NCBI GenBank assembly: GCA_040755215.1
Contig: JBFMBG010000002.1
Coordinates: 16,974-80,973, forward strand
DNA: 64,000 nt
Reading direction: 5' to 3'
DNA from: Bacillota bacterium
Lineage (GTDB): Bacteria; Bacillota; Desulfotomaculia; Desulfotomaculales; Nap2-2B
Shown: positions 54,902 to 64,000 of the stretch, piece by piece
Layout of the letters: each line of letters opens with the position of its first letter
Numbering within the stretch: the first letter of the stretch is position 1
Position numbers and translations under genes: made by a program
The notes under the pieces: model-generated
Database searches by the model: none
Told to the model about the DNA's origin: nothing
The model's input: the letters and a program-made list of their open reading frames with translations, nothing else

Positions 54902-55216
54902 CTATCCCTCCCCGCCGGTTTTTTCCAGCCTGGACTTTAATTCCATACCGATCGTCAATAATTCCGGCACGGGCGCCCCGAAGTGATGCGCGTAAGGCGG
55001 GTTAACGGCAAGCAACTGGCCTTGTATCACTCTTTCGGCGGGTGTGAGGATGGTAACCGTTGTTCCCACCGCCGCCTCCTCCTCCAGGAGAAAGCCGCCG
55101 ATCCTCGCCACGTAAGGCAACCGTCTGGTATCATCGGGTACATTGCTGCTCCGGTTCGCGGGCTCAAGAATAACTCGTTTTATTTCTACGTATTCTCCTT
55201 TGTGTGCTGTGATCAA
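54902..55216 (-). CDS. ortA: OrtA-like small subunit (2-amino-4-oxopentanoate thiolase alpha)
   Basis: 104 aa. KGEYVEIKRVILEPANRSSNVPDDTRRLPY resembles the OrtA N-terminus as I recall it. It ends 5 nt before the ortB-like start. Confidence 0.55.
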   Translation of the reverse strand: MITAHKGEYVEIKRVILEPANRSSNVPDDTRRLPYVARIGGFLLEEEAAVGTTVTILTPAERVIQGQLLAVNPPYAHHFGAPVPELLTIGMELKSRLEKTGGEG

Positions 55217-55351
55217 CCAGACCTCTCCTTTCTGCTTTGCAAATATTGCCCCTAACTAGGGAGGGCGGGGAAAATGCCCGCCATTCTAGATTTTCCTTAA
55301 AAAAGATGTGTATTTTGTTTTCCCCGCCCAAAACGAAGTGAGCGGCCTTAA

Positions 55352-55936
55352 CTAAAAATTAGTCGGCACCTCTTCGCAGGAATTTTTCCGCTTTTTAAAG
55401 ACCACCCGGCAAACGTCGTCGCCCAGGCACATACATTTATCCTGAGTAGCATAGATTTCGTCCCATTTACCCAAGGCCTTGATAATGGCCTGGTAATAAT
55501 TGGCAGTAGTTGCTCCCATTCCTTTTTTACAGCAGTCCCTGGCCCTTTCTTCCCCAAAAATCTCTTTCAGACTTTCCCAGTACGGACAGATCGTAATTTC
55601 GCCGACATGGATATCGTCGGTTTCTTCGACCACTGTATAGGGACAGTTGATGCTTTCCCAGTATACTTTGGAAATCTGACCAATTGTTTTGATATTGATG
55701 TTGTCCCTAACTCCCAGAGCATCCAGCACATGATCCAGGTTCCCGAGGGCCAGCTTTTCCCAAACTTTCGAATAGATCCGGTGGGCGGTGCGGGCTCCAA
55801 AAGCTTCCTCAAGTGTTTCCCAGTATAGTAAATCCAGGGCGGCCGCCGCGCCCACCCAGGCAACCAACGCCTCCTCTACCGATTGGCCAGTTTTTTCCAG
55901 AGCTGTAAAAATCGCGTGTCTTTTATCTGCCATCAC
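55352..55936 (-). CDS. unknown-function protein, possibly ATC-hydrolase-like (PF14196-type)
   Basis: 194 aa. CPY...CPYWESLKE...C-terminal CMCLGDDVCRVVF Cys pattern. Paralog of the next gene. Confidence 0.4.
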   Translation of the reverse strand: MMADKRHAIFTALEKTGQSVEEALVAWVGAAAALDLLYWETLEEAFGARTAHRIYSKVWEKLALGNLDHVLDALGVRDNINIKTIGQISKVYWESINCPYTVVEETDDIHVGEITICPYWESLKEIFGEERARDCCKKGMGATTANYYQAIIKALGKWDEIYATQDKCMCLGDDVCRVVFKKRKNSCEEVPTNF

Positions 55937-56064
55937 TAACCCCCCTGTAAAAACAGTTAGTTGGTAAGTCCCTTTGCAGGCAAGGAACGGCTACAAAATA
56001 AGTTCCTTGCCCGCACTAAAGGACCGTTTCCCGAACCGTTGACCCAACGTCAGCAAACGACTTC

Positions 56065-56700
56065 TCATCCTTCGGATTGTTTTTTGGTAAAAGTAAAGGT
56101 GCAGTGCTTGGCGCCCCGGCAGAGTTGCGCCGGAAAGCCAAATAACCATTCTTTATCCAACCCGGCAAGCTTTAAAAACGTTTCGAAAATGGCGTGGTTG
56201 CAAGCAATCTGTACACTGTCGTTGAAGTGATCTGCTTTTTCCTTGGGAAATGTGTTCCAGACAACCTCCGTAGTATACGGGCAGTCAACGGCGTGGCCTT
56301 CGATGTAGTCATCGGTTTGTTTGGCAATGATAAACGGATTTCCAAAATCATCGAAATACTTCTTGATCATCTTAAGCAGTGTCGGCATATCTACCGGATC
56401 TTCTTCCTTTAAGCCAAAGTGCGCTTTGAGATCCTTGAATTCATAAAGGGCCCTTTTTGACCATAACCTGGCGTATAGCTCAACAGCCTTCGGCGTCCCG
56501 AATTCTTCTTCGAGCATTTCAAAGAGAAGGACATCATGAAGTGTAAAGGTAGTTAATAATGTTTTCAACCCGTATTCGGGCGTCTGGTATTGGTTGTCTT
56601 TCCGTAGCTGTTTATAGTTCTCCACAACAGAATTGGTACGTTGATACACGATAAGTTCCTCCTTTAATTTATTTTTTGTTGGATAAAAAATCTTGTTCAA
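56065..56700 (-). CDS. paralog of 55352..55936 (possibly ATC-hydrolase-like)
   Basis: 211 aa with the same layout (DCPYTTEV..., C-terminal CRGAKHCTFTF). Confidence 0.4.
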   Translation of the reverse strand: MNKIFYPTKNKLKEELIVYQRTNSVVENYKQLRKDNQYQTPEYGLKTLLTTFTLHDVLLFEMLEEEFGTPKAVELYARLWSKRALYEFKDLKAHFGLKEEDPVDMPTLLKMIKKYFDDFGNPFIIAKQTDDYIEGHAVDCPYTTEVVWNTFPKEKADHFNDSVQIACNHAIFETFLKLAGLDKEWLFGFPAQLCRGAKHCTFTFTKKQSEG

Positions 56701-56830
56701 AAGCGCTTACAAATCACTCAACATCAAAAACTTGCCCCTTCTTGCTTCCGTATTCTTTTATACATTCAGCGCTAAGCTTTTTTCCCTAACCACCACTCCT
56801 TTCCACGAACTTTTTTACAACCATTCCCGC

Positions 56831-57289
56831 CTATTTCGCCCAGCCTACTTGTTGCGCCATAGTGTTATAATCCCAATGATCCCTGATATACTTGATCTTG
56901 CCTTTTTCAACCACAGCCACCTGGCAATACATACAATCGAAATTTTTGTTCGTGGCCGGTAATCCAAAATACTCCCCGGTAATGGTCCCGGAAATCCTGC
57001 CGACGTTGACCACGTAATTCCCTTTAACGATAAACTTTTCAATAAAAACCGTAAAGTTTGGAGCCGCTTTTAACCAGCCCTCGCCGAATTCCCGCAGGCC
57101 CTGATGGCCTTTTGCCGGTGGCAAGGTGATGTCGTGGTAAATGATGTCTTCGTGCATAACCGAAATAACCCGGTCCAGATCCTGAGTGTCCCACCCCTTC
57201 AGCTCCTCCATTACAATGCGCAGGTTCTCCCGTTCTTCCTCGGTTAAGTCGGCAAATTCACGGGGATCCTTGTAAAGCAGGTTTTCCAT
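56831..57289 (-). CDS. NTF2-fold SnoaL-like/ester cyclase family protein
   Basis: The ORF track starts at 57391. I trimmed to the ATG after AAGGAGG (MENLLYKDP...). It has the SnoaL-like pattern with the C-terminal DHWDYNTM. Confidence 0.55.
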   Translation of the reverse strand: MENLLYKDPREFADLTEEERENLRIVMEELKGWDTQDLDRVISVMHEDIIYHDITLPPAKGHQGLREFGEGWLKAAPNFTVFIEKFIVKGNYVVNVGRISGTITGEYFGLPATNKNFDCMYCQVAVVEKGKIKYIRDHWDYNTMAQQVGWAK

Positions 57290-57456
57290 TTTTTCGCCTC
57301 CTTGTTTGTTGGTTTGTTGAAAACTATACTCTGGTTTACAACAATTACCCTCAAACAAATTTTCCACATCTTCCCCCCTTCTTGATTTCATTAGATGGTT
57401 GAAATAGTGGATACCCTCCAGGAAAGACCGGGGTAAGTAACCTTACCGAATATGCC

Positions 57457-59100
57457 TTATTGTCTTCTCAATACCTTCCCGGTGCGCACGCTTTTATTTA
57501 CTTTCCCCTGCTCTACCACTAGTTGACCGTTCACCAGCACGTACTCGATACCGTCCGGCTCTCTGTCCGGTTCCAGGTAAGTTGCGTTGTCCCTGATCGT
57601 TTGTTCGTTGAAAATAGTAATATCCGCCCACATTCCAGGCTTGATTAAGCCCCTGTCGTGGATCCCAAACCTTTGCGCCGAAAGAGAGGTCATTTTGCGA
57701 ATTGCCTGTTCCAAAGAAAGCAGTTTTTGCTCCCTGACGTATCGCCCCAGCACCCGCGGGAATGAACCGTAAGCCGCCGGGTGGGGCATCCCCCGGCCGG
57801 TCAAAATGGCGTCCGTATTGATGGCCCCGTTTGGATGCGCCAGAAATTTTTTCAGGCCTTCCTCGTTCTCCAGGTCGCCGCTCACCCCGACATACAGCGC
57901 CAGGGCGGCGCCTCTTTCTTCGATCAGGAGATCGGCCGCTGCGTCAAAAGGGGTTTTTCCCTGCATTCTTCCGATTTCGGCGAAGCTTTTGCCAATGAAG
58001 CCGGCATTTTTCTCGCTGGCCACCCAGATCAACCAGATGTTTTGCCAGCCCGTGGCGCGGACCAGGTTATGGGGCCACGTACCCGGCCGCCAGGTGGGCC
58101 ATTCAGAACGCATATTTTCGACATCGTGCCTAATCCTTTCCCTTTCAGCGGGATCCTTTAGCCGGGCAATAAACATGTCCAGACCCCCCTCAAAGGCGTA
58201 GGAGGGAAAGCAGGCAGTCAGGGTGGTATTGGCCGCCGTGTACGGAATGACGTCGAAGGTTACGTCAAGACCTTCGGCACGGGCGCTCTCGTGGAGCGCG
58301 ATCACTTCGTCGATGCGGTGCCAGTATTGCTCCCCAAAAGCCTCGATGTGGGAATGTTCCACCGGAATCCGGTTGACCCGGGCGATTTCAATGATTTCCC
58401 TGGTTGCCTCCAGAACTGTTTCACTGGAGCCCCTTACGTGGCAGGTAAAAACCCCGCGGTAAGGAATCAACGGCCTGGTGACCTCGATTAGCTCGGCAGT
58501 AGAAGCAAACATTCCGGGAGCGTAAATGAGACCTGCCGAAAGACCAAAAGCCCCGTCCGCCATTGCCTGCGCCACCAACTTCTTCATTTCCTCCAGCTGC
58601 TGCAGGGTAGGGGTGTCGCCGGCAAACCCCATGACGGCAATCCTCACTGCCCCGTGCGAAACCAGGGGAATCACGTTAAATGAAGTGCCTGAAGAATCTA
58701 ACCGGTCCAGAAAGTCTTCCGTGGTCAGCCAATCCCAGGTCAACTCCCCGCCCTGAAAGAACTCCGTGTAGCCCTTAAGCAACCCAAGGCTCTCCGGGTT
58801 AACGGGAAACGGCGACAGGCCGCAATTGCCTGTTACCAGGGTGGTAATTCCCTGCTTGAGAAAACTTTCCAGGATATCCAGGTGATTTTCTAGTGGCAAA
58901 ATAAAGTCCGCGTGGCTGTGGATGTCAATAAAGCCAGGGGAAACAACCAGCCCCTCGACGTTGATCGTGGTTTTGCCCTGGTCACCCGGAATAAGGCCGA
59001 TTTTGGCAATTCTACCCTCCCTTATCCCGACGTCGCCGGTATACCATGGGTTGCCGGTGCCGTCGACAATCTTTCCACCCTTGAGCACAAGATCAAACAC
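57457..59100 (-). CDS. N-acyl-D-amino-acid deacylase (D-aminoacylase) family amidohydrolase
   Basis: 547 aa. LKGGKIVDGTGNPWYTGDVGIREGRIAKIG and the SPGFIDIHSHAD metal motif are typical of D-aminoacylases. Confidence 0.8.
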   Translation of the reverse strand: MFDLVLKGGKIVDGTGNPWYTGDVGIREGRIAKIGLIPGDQGKTTINVEGLVVSPGFIDIHSHADFILPLENHLDILESFLKQGITTLVTGNCGLSPFPVNPESLGLLKGYTEFFQGGELTWDWLTTEDFLDRLDSSGTSFNVIPLVSHGAVRIAVMGFAGDTPTLQQLEEMKKLVAQAMADGAFGLSAGLIYAPGMFASTAELIEVTRPLIPYRGVFTCHVRGSSETVLEATREIIEIARVNRIPVEHSHIEAFGEQYWHRIDEVIALHESARAEGLDVTFDVIPYTAANTTLTACFPSYAFEGGLDMFIARLKDPAERERIRHDVENMRSEWPTWRPGTWPHNLVRATGWQNIWLIWVASEKNAGFIGKSFAEIGRMQGKTPFDAAADLLIEERGAALALYVGVSGDLENEEGLKKFLAHPNGAINTDAILTGRGMPHPAAYGSFPRVLGRYVREQKLLSLEQAIRKMTSLSAQRFGIHDRGLIKPGMWADITIFNEQTIRDNATYLEPDREPDGIEYVLVNGQLVVEQGKVNKSVRTGKVLRRQ

Positions 59101-59140
59101 CGGGCTTCCTCCTTTCGTTAGTGAACTTTGGCCAAACCGC

Positions 59141-59854
59141 CTACCCCGACGCCCCCAGACATTTTGTCTTGATTTCCTCGTTCGCTTGAAACTCTTTGGG
59201 TGTAGACTCGAAAACGATCTCGCCCTTGTTGATGACGTAAACGTAATCCGCCACCGACAAGGCCAGGGAAAAGTTCTGCTCGACCAAAAGGATCGCCAAA
59301 CCGCTTCTTTTCAACCGGCCGATGATCCAGCCGACATCCCGCACGATCATCGGCGCCAGTCCTTCGGAAGGCTCGTCCATTAGAAGCAAATCCGGGTTGG
59401 TCAGCAGAGCTCTCCCGATGGTCAACATCTGTTGCTCTCCACCGCTTAAGGAAGTACCCTTCACGTTCGCCCGCTCTTTCAGGATGGGAAAAAGATAGTA
59501 GATTTTCTCCAGCGTCCAGGGATCAGATTTACCCCTGGTTCTCGCCGACATAACCAGGTTTTCCCGAACACTTAAAGAAGGAAAAATGCGCCGGCCCTGG
59601 GGCACCAGACCCAAGCCAAGTTTCGCGATCTGGTATGGCGGAAGATTGGTAATGTCTTTTCCCCGGAAACGGATAGCTCCGCGGCGCGGCGGAGTAAACC
59701 CGATAATGGAACGAATCGTCGTCGTCTTTCCCATCCCGTTGCGGCCTAAAAGCGCTACCACCGAACCCTCCCTTACTTTTAAGGAAATTCCCTGGAGGAT
59801 ATAACTTTCCCCGTAGTAGGTGTGGATATCATCTAGTTCAAGCACTTTCGGCAC
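59141..59854 (-). CDS. livF: Liv-type ABC transporter ATPase (LivF-like), second system
   Basis: GRNGMGKTT Walker A, LSGGEQQMLTI signature, LLMDEPS Walker B. Confidence 0.85.
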   Translation of the reverse strand: MPKVLELDDIHTYYGESYILQGISLKVREGSVVALLGRNGMGKTTTIRSIIGFTPPRRGAIRFRGKDITNLPPYQIAKLGLGLVPQGRRIFPSLSVRENLVMSARTRGKSDPWTLEKIYYLFPILKERANVKGTSLSGGEQQMLTIGRALLTNPDLLLMDEPSEGLAPMIVRDVGWIIGRLKRSGLAILLVEQNFSLALSVADYVYVINKGEIVFESTPKEFQANEEIKTKCLGASG

Positions 59855-60599
59855 CCTCCCCGATCCCCATATAGATCTCCTTTACCCGGGGGTCCGCCTG
59901 AATTTCTTCAGGCCGCCCAATAGAGATGATCTGTCCGTAATGAAGGACAATAATCCGCTCCGCCACTCCGAAGACCAGATCCATGTCGTGGGCCACAATA
60001 AGAACCGTCATCTTTTTCCCCAGTTGGTTAATCATCTTCACGATCCCGGCGCTTTCGGCGCTTGTCAGGCCGTTGCTCGGCTCATCCAGCAAGAGCAGCT
60101 TTGGACCCGCGGCCAGGGTAAGGCCGATCTCCAATCTGCGCTGCTCTCCGTAAGAGATGTTTTTTACCGGCCAATCTCTTTTTTCCCACAATAAGGTTTC
60201 TTCTATAACTTCCCGGGCTTTCGCCAGGATCTGCCGATCGGCGTAAATTGACCGCAACATCTGGTAACGGGAGGGTCTTGTCCCGTAAAGTGTCAAGAGG
60301 GTATTTTCAAGCACCGAAAGATTTAAAAACAGGCTGGTGATCTGGAAAGACCGGGCCAGCCCAAGGTGGGCCCGGCGGTAAACAGCCAGATTGGTAATCT
60401 CCCGTCCAAAAAAATAGATTCTCCCGGCTGTTACCGGTAACTGTCCGCTGATTAAATTGAACAGGGTGGTCTTGCCCGCTCCGTTAGGACCGATAATCGC
60501 CAGGCGTTCGCCGGTTTGCACGCAAAAGGAAACCTCGCTTAGTGCCTGTACACCCCCAAATCTTTTCGACAGTCCCTCAACTCTTAATGCTTCCCCCAA
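59838..60599 (-). CDS. livG: Liv-type ABC transporter ATPase (LivG-like), second system
   Basis: GPNGAGKTT Walker A, SYGEQRRLEI signature, LLLDEPSNGL Walker B. Confidence 0.85.
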   Translation of the reverse strand: MGEALRVEGLSKRFGGVQALSEVSFCVQTGERLAIIGPNGAGKTTLFNLISGQLPVTAGRIYFFGREITNLAVYRRAHLGLARSFQITSLFLNLSVLENTLLTLYGTRPSRYQMLRSIYADRQILAKAREVIEETLLWEKRDWPVKNISYGEQRRLEIGLTLAAGPKLLLLDEPSNGLTSAESAGIVKMINQLGKKMTVLIVAHDMDLVFGVAERIIVLHYGQIISIGRPEEIQADPRVKEIYMGIGEGAESA

Positions 60600-61588
60600 A
60601 GATAGCTCACCTTCTTCCCCAGCCTGGACAGGTACACGCCAATCCCGTCCCGTACGTACATGATAGAGAGGACAAAAATACTCCCCAGGATTAAGGGCCA
60701 GCGGTCCGGAGTTACGATACTGGCAAAATATTCTACGAAAACGATCATGGCAGCCCCGATTACAGGCCCGAAAAGGGTTCCGCTCCCGCCGATAATCGCC
60801 ATGGCCATGGGCAAAAAAGAAGTGGTTACCCCGAAGTGCCCGGGGGCGATCATCCTGTTGTGGTAGGCAAAGAAGATCCCGGCCAGCCCGGCAAACGTTC
60901 CGGCAATGACGAAGGCTAGATATTTATACAGCCAGGTGTGGTAACCCAGCGATTGCATCCGTGCTTCACCCTCGCGGATCCCTACCAGGGCGTGCCCAAA
61001 GGGCGAATTGGTAATCTTGCGCAAGATGAAATAAGAAAGAGCAAAAAACAGTAATACAAAATAATAGAAATTTAGGTTGTTCCAGGAAACCGGAAGAAAA
61101 CCGAGATCCGGGAAGGACAGGCCGGCAATGCCCTGCATTCCCGGACTATTGAGCCATTTCCAGTTCCAGGCCACACTGTAAAGCAATTGTCCCAGCGCAA
61201 AAGTAAGCAACAAGAAGTAGAGGCCCGAAACTCTCAAGACGATCAGCCCAAATAAGGCGGCAACCAGCGCAGCACTGAAAAGGCCCAGGAGGACGCCGAT
61301 CCAGAAAGAATTAATATCGTAACGGAGCATCAGAACGGCCACGGTGTAGCCTCCCGCGCCAAAGTACGCCGCGTGCCCCAGGGAAAGAAGCCCGGCGTAG
61401 CCGAAAATAAGATCAAAACTGATGGCAAAGAGGGCAAAAATGAGAAACTTCGTCATCACAATCTGAAGGTGCGAGGGCAAGAAAACGGGAAGAACAATCA
61501 ACACTATTCCGGCCGACAAAAGGGGAATAAATTGAATCAGTTGCCCATGCCTGAACCAACGGCGGGGTTCCGGCCTGCTCTCCGCCAT
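60584..61588 (-). CDS. livM: Liv-type ABC permease (LivM-like), second system
   Basis: 334-aa polytopic ORF with the GLLSLGHAAYFGAGGY motif. Confidence 0.8.
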   Translation of the reverse strand: MAESRPEPRRWFRHGQLIQFIPLLSAGIVLIVLPVFLPSHLQIVMTKFLIFALFAISFDLIFGYAGLLSLGHAAYFGAGGYTVAVLMLRYDINSFWIGVLLGLFSAALVAALFGLIVLRVSGLYFLLLTFALGQLLYSVAWNWKWLNSPGMQGIAGLSFPDLGFLPVSWNNLNFYYFVLLFFALSYFILRKITNSPFGHALVGIREGEARMQSLGYHTWLYKYLAFVIAGTFAGLAGIFFAYHNRMIAPGHFGVTTSFLPMAMAIIGGSGTLFGPVIGAAMIVFVEYFASIVTPDRWPLILGSIFVLSIMYVRDGIGVYLSRLGKKVSYLWGKH

Positions 61589-61590
61589 TC

Positions 61591-62451
61591 CTAGAGTTCC
61601 CTCCCCATCAAACCACTGGGTTTTACGAGCAAGATAATGATCATGGCCAGGTACATGGTAAACATGGCCAGACCCGGGAAAAAAGCCTTCCCCAGGGCGT
61701 CCACCACGCCGATTAAAATGCCCCCGAAAAGGGCTCCCTGAATAGAACCCACCCCGCCCACGATAATGACAATTAAAGCCAGCAACAACATGTCGGTCCC
61801 CATCATACTGTTTACACCCAACAACTGGGCCCCGATCACGCCGGCAAAGCCGGCGATGAAGGAAGCCAGAAAAAACACCAGCATGGCCACCCGCTCCAGG
61901 TTGATCCCCAATCCCATCGTCATTTCCTTATCGTCCATTCCTGCCCGGACGATGGCCCCGATCCGCGTTTTTTCCTGCAGCCACCATAAACCGGCGGCCA
62001 GAACCAACCCGATCAAAATGATTTCCACCCGGGCCGCCGGGTAGGACAGGCCGGCAAAATTAACAAAACCCGCCAGGGCCGGATCGGTAAACTGGGTCCT
62101 GAAGCGGCCGCCCCAAACCCAAATGCACAAATTAGTCAAGACGTAAACAAAACCAAAAGTCAGGAGCACCTGCTCGTTCGGTTGCTTATAAAGATGACGC
62201 AAGAACCCCCGCTCGATGAGGAATCCAACCAGGCCGGCGCCCAGCCCGCCCAAAAGAGCGGCCAGCCAAAAGCTCAAATCGTATTGCACCGCAATCGTCC
62301 AGCCCACGTAAGCGCCCACCATGTAAAGGGCTCCGTGCGCCAGGTTGGTGATCCCCATGATCCCCATGACAATCGACATGCCCGAGGCAATGAGAAACAA
62401 AACCATTCCGTAGGAAATCCCGTTCAGCAAGTTTAATAGAATGGCCTCCAC
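61591..62451 (-). CDS. livH: Liv-type ABC permease (LivH-like), second system
   Basis: The ORF track starts at 62532. I trimmed to the GTG at 62451 (MEAILLNLLNGISYG), preceded by a GGGGGG purine tract. NLAHGALYM motif present. Confidence 0.75.
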   Translation of the reverse strand: MEAILLNLLNGISYGMVLFLIASGMSIVMGIMGITNLAHGALYMVGAYVGWTIAVQYDLSFWLAALLGGLGAGLVGFLIERGFLRHLYKQPNEQVLLTFGFVYVLTNLCIWVWGGRFRTQFTDPALAGFVNFAGLSYPAARVEIILIGLVLAAGLWWLQEKTRIGAIVRAGMDDKEMTMGLGINLERVAMLVFFLASFIAGFAGVIGAQLLGVNSMMGTDMLLLALIVIIVGGVGSIQGALFGGILIGVVDALGKAFFPGLAMFTMYLAMIIILLVKPSGLMGREL

Positions 62452-62553
62452 GAGATAAGCCCCCCGCACTTTTTTAAGCACAACCGATCTGCTCCGGGGG
62501 TCAGGCCGGAAAATGCGCCGGCCTGACCCCAAAGAACCAAACAGCTAGCTGAG

Positions 62554-63754
62554 CTATTTCAACCTGGGGTCGCGCACCGCCTTGGTGACATCCAGCGGTT
62601 TCGATAGGACATACTGGCCGTCCACCTTTTCCGCTTCCGTGACGTACACATCGGTAATGGCCACCCCTTCGGGCGTAAAGGACAGCGGGCCTTGCGGCGT
62701 ATCCATTTTCAGAGACGTTACGGCCGGCCATAGCTTCTCGAAGTTATCGTCGCCACCCGTTTTCTCCAGGCCGGCCAGGATAACCTTGGTTAGAGTATAA
62801 GCGTTTTGCTCGGAACAACTGGGAACCTTCCCAGTTTTCGCCTTGATCGCATCTACAAATTTGTTGTTCACCGGGTCGTCCCGGCGCCAGACGTAAGAAG
62901 ATTCGCCCTTGATCCCCAGGGCAAGGTCACCGAGTTCCTTTAAGGCTTCCGGAGTATAATCCCCGTCCTGGGTGATGGTGACCAGGGGCATTTTCAAACC
63001 GGCCTGCTTGTATTGGGTAATGAAACGGCTTACCGGCCCAGGACCCTCCAGGGCATACAGAACGACATCGGCTTTCTTGAACGAAGAAATGTACGGGCTG
63101 TAATCCGCCGTGCCGACCGGGGGCCACAACTGCTGAACGACGGTTCCCCCCCCTGTCCTGGAATCCTTTCGCCGCTCCGGCGACGTAACCGCGCTTCCCG
63201 GCATAATCGGCTCCGATGGTAATCATCGTCCGGTAACCCAGTTTGTCATATACGTACTGGCCGAAGGGGTAAGTCTGGGCGTCAACGGTGGTAGGATAGA
63301 TCAGGTAGGTCTTATATTTGATTACGTCATACATCCCGTTAATCAAAGATGTCACCAGAACCTTCTTTTCCGCGGCGTACGGCGCAATGGCCAGGTGCGC
63401 GTCGCCCATCAGCGGCCCGATCACGATCTTGACGCCGTCCTTTTCGACCAGCTTTTTAAACTTTTCAAGTGCGGTGGTAACGTCCGTGGCGCTGTCTTCG
63501 ACGATCAGCTCCACCGGCCTGCCGGCAACTTTATTGTCGGCTTCGGCCAACGCCAACTCAATCCCCGCCTTGAACTTAGGCCCTAAATCGGCAACGGGCC
63601 CGGTAAAGTCCAAAAGGGCGCCAATTTTTACCGGTTTCGCCTGTTCTTTAGGCGCTTCCTTGGGTGCCTGGGCTGCCTTTTGTCCGCAACCCGCCAGGAC
63701 CAGCAGGCCTAAAACCGCAACCCCCAGCAACACGATTAGGGATTTTCTCATCAT
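62554..63754 (-). pseudogene. Liv-type substrate-binding lipoprotein gene interrupted by a +1 frameshift in a G8 run
   Basis: The N-terminal part (frame of ORF 62927..63835, lipobox LAGCG) and the C-terminal part (ORF 62554..63204) are two halves of one PBP-type protein. The frames meet at the minus-strand G8 tract (plus-strand C8 at 63146-63153). Removing one G gives ...GFQDRGGTVVQQLWPP.... Confidence 0.7.
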
Positions 63755-64000
63755 TTTTTCACCCTTTCCTGGATTTTTAAAATTTCCCTTGATAAAGTTC
63801 AAGAAAAACTCCCCTACTTGCCCTTTTTTCCGCAAGCGCCGCTTCCATAAGGAAATTCTTTTTTTTCGAGCGTTTGATCCCCCCGTTCAATTTTTTTTCA
63901 ATCGCCGGTTTACCTGTTTAAAACCCGTGCCGCCGCCACTGCCGTTAAATCTCCGACCGCCTTTAACGCGTTTCCGTCAATTTTGTCGGCCGTATCGTGC

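Overview
This is a 64-kb chromosomal window from a moderately GC-rich, Gram-positive-type anaerobe. It looks Clostridia/Peptococcaceae-like, judged only from operon order, GGAGG-type SD sites and gene content. I saw no rRNA, tRNA, CRISPR array or transposase. The backbone comprises a glcDF-like oxidase, 5-oxoprolinase genes (pxpA plus a fused pxpBC), two Liv-type ABC transporters, an IclR regulator, and the conserved minus-strand block rimP-nusA-ylxR-infB-rbfA-nrnA-truB-ribF ... rpsO-pnp-M16 peptidase. Three accessory regions stand out. (1) 2.9-11.3 kb holds a PIN/Phd toxin-antitoxin pair plus a translationally coupled four-gene operon: MmeI-like R-M enzyme, NurA-like nuclease, HerA-like ATPase, second DNA methyltransferase. 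This operon is my best candidate for an undescribed RM-like defence system. (2) 24.0-43.2 kb is a roughly 19-kb insertion that splits ribF from rpsO and has visibly AT-rich intergenic patches. It carries a second TA-like pair, transporters, sat, a PAPS-reductase-family gene, two sulfatase-like genes with a Thr at the nucleophile position, tauE, several small or unknown membrane proteins, and a PAS-PAS-AAA+-HTH sigma54 activator. Four near-consensus -24/-12 promoters each have an ATAC-N6-GTAT palindrome 41-43 nt upstream, which suggests an island-wide sigma54 regulon. (3) 51.8-63.8 kb is an amino-acid catabolic cluster with ortAB-like thiolase genes lacking the rest of the ornithine pathway, a D-aminoacylase, tandem unknown paralogs, NTF2-like proteins, ald, and a Liv-type transporter whose binding-protein gene is frameshifted in a G8 run. 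I also noted paired GGT-rich/ACC-rich inverted-repeat elements in two intergenic gaps of the translation-factor operon. All calls rest on reading motifs in the ORF translations and the DNA; no database search was possible.
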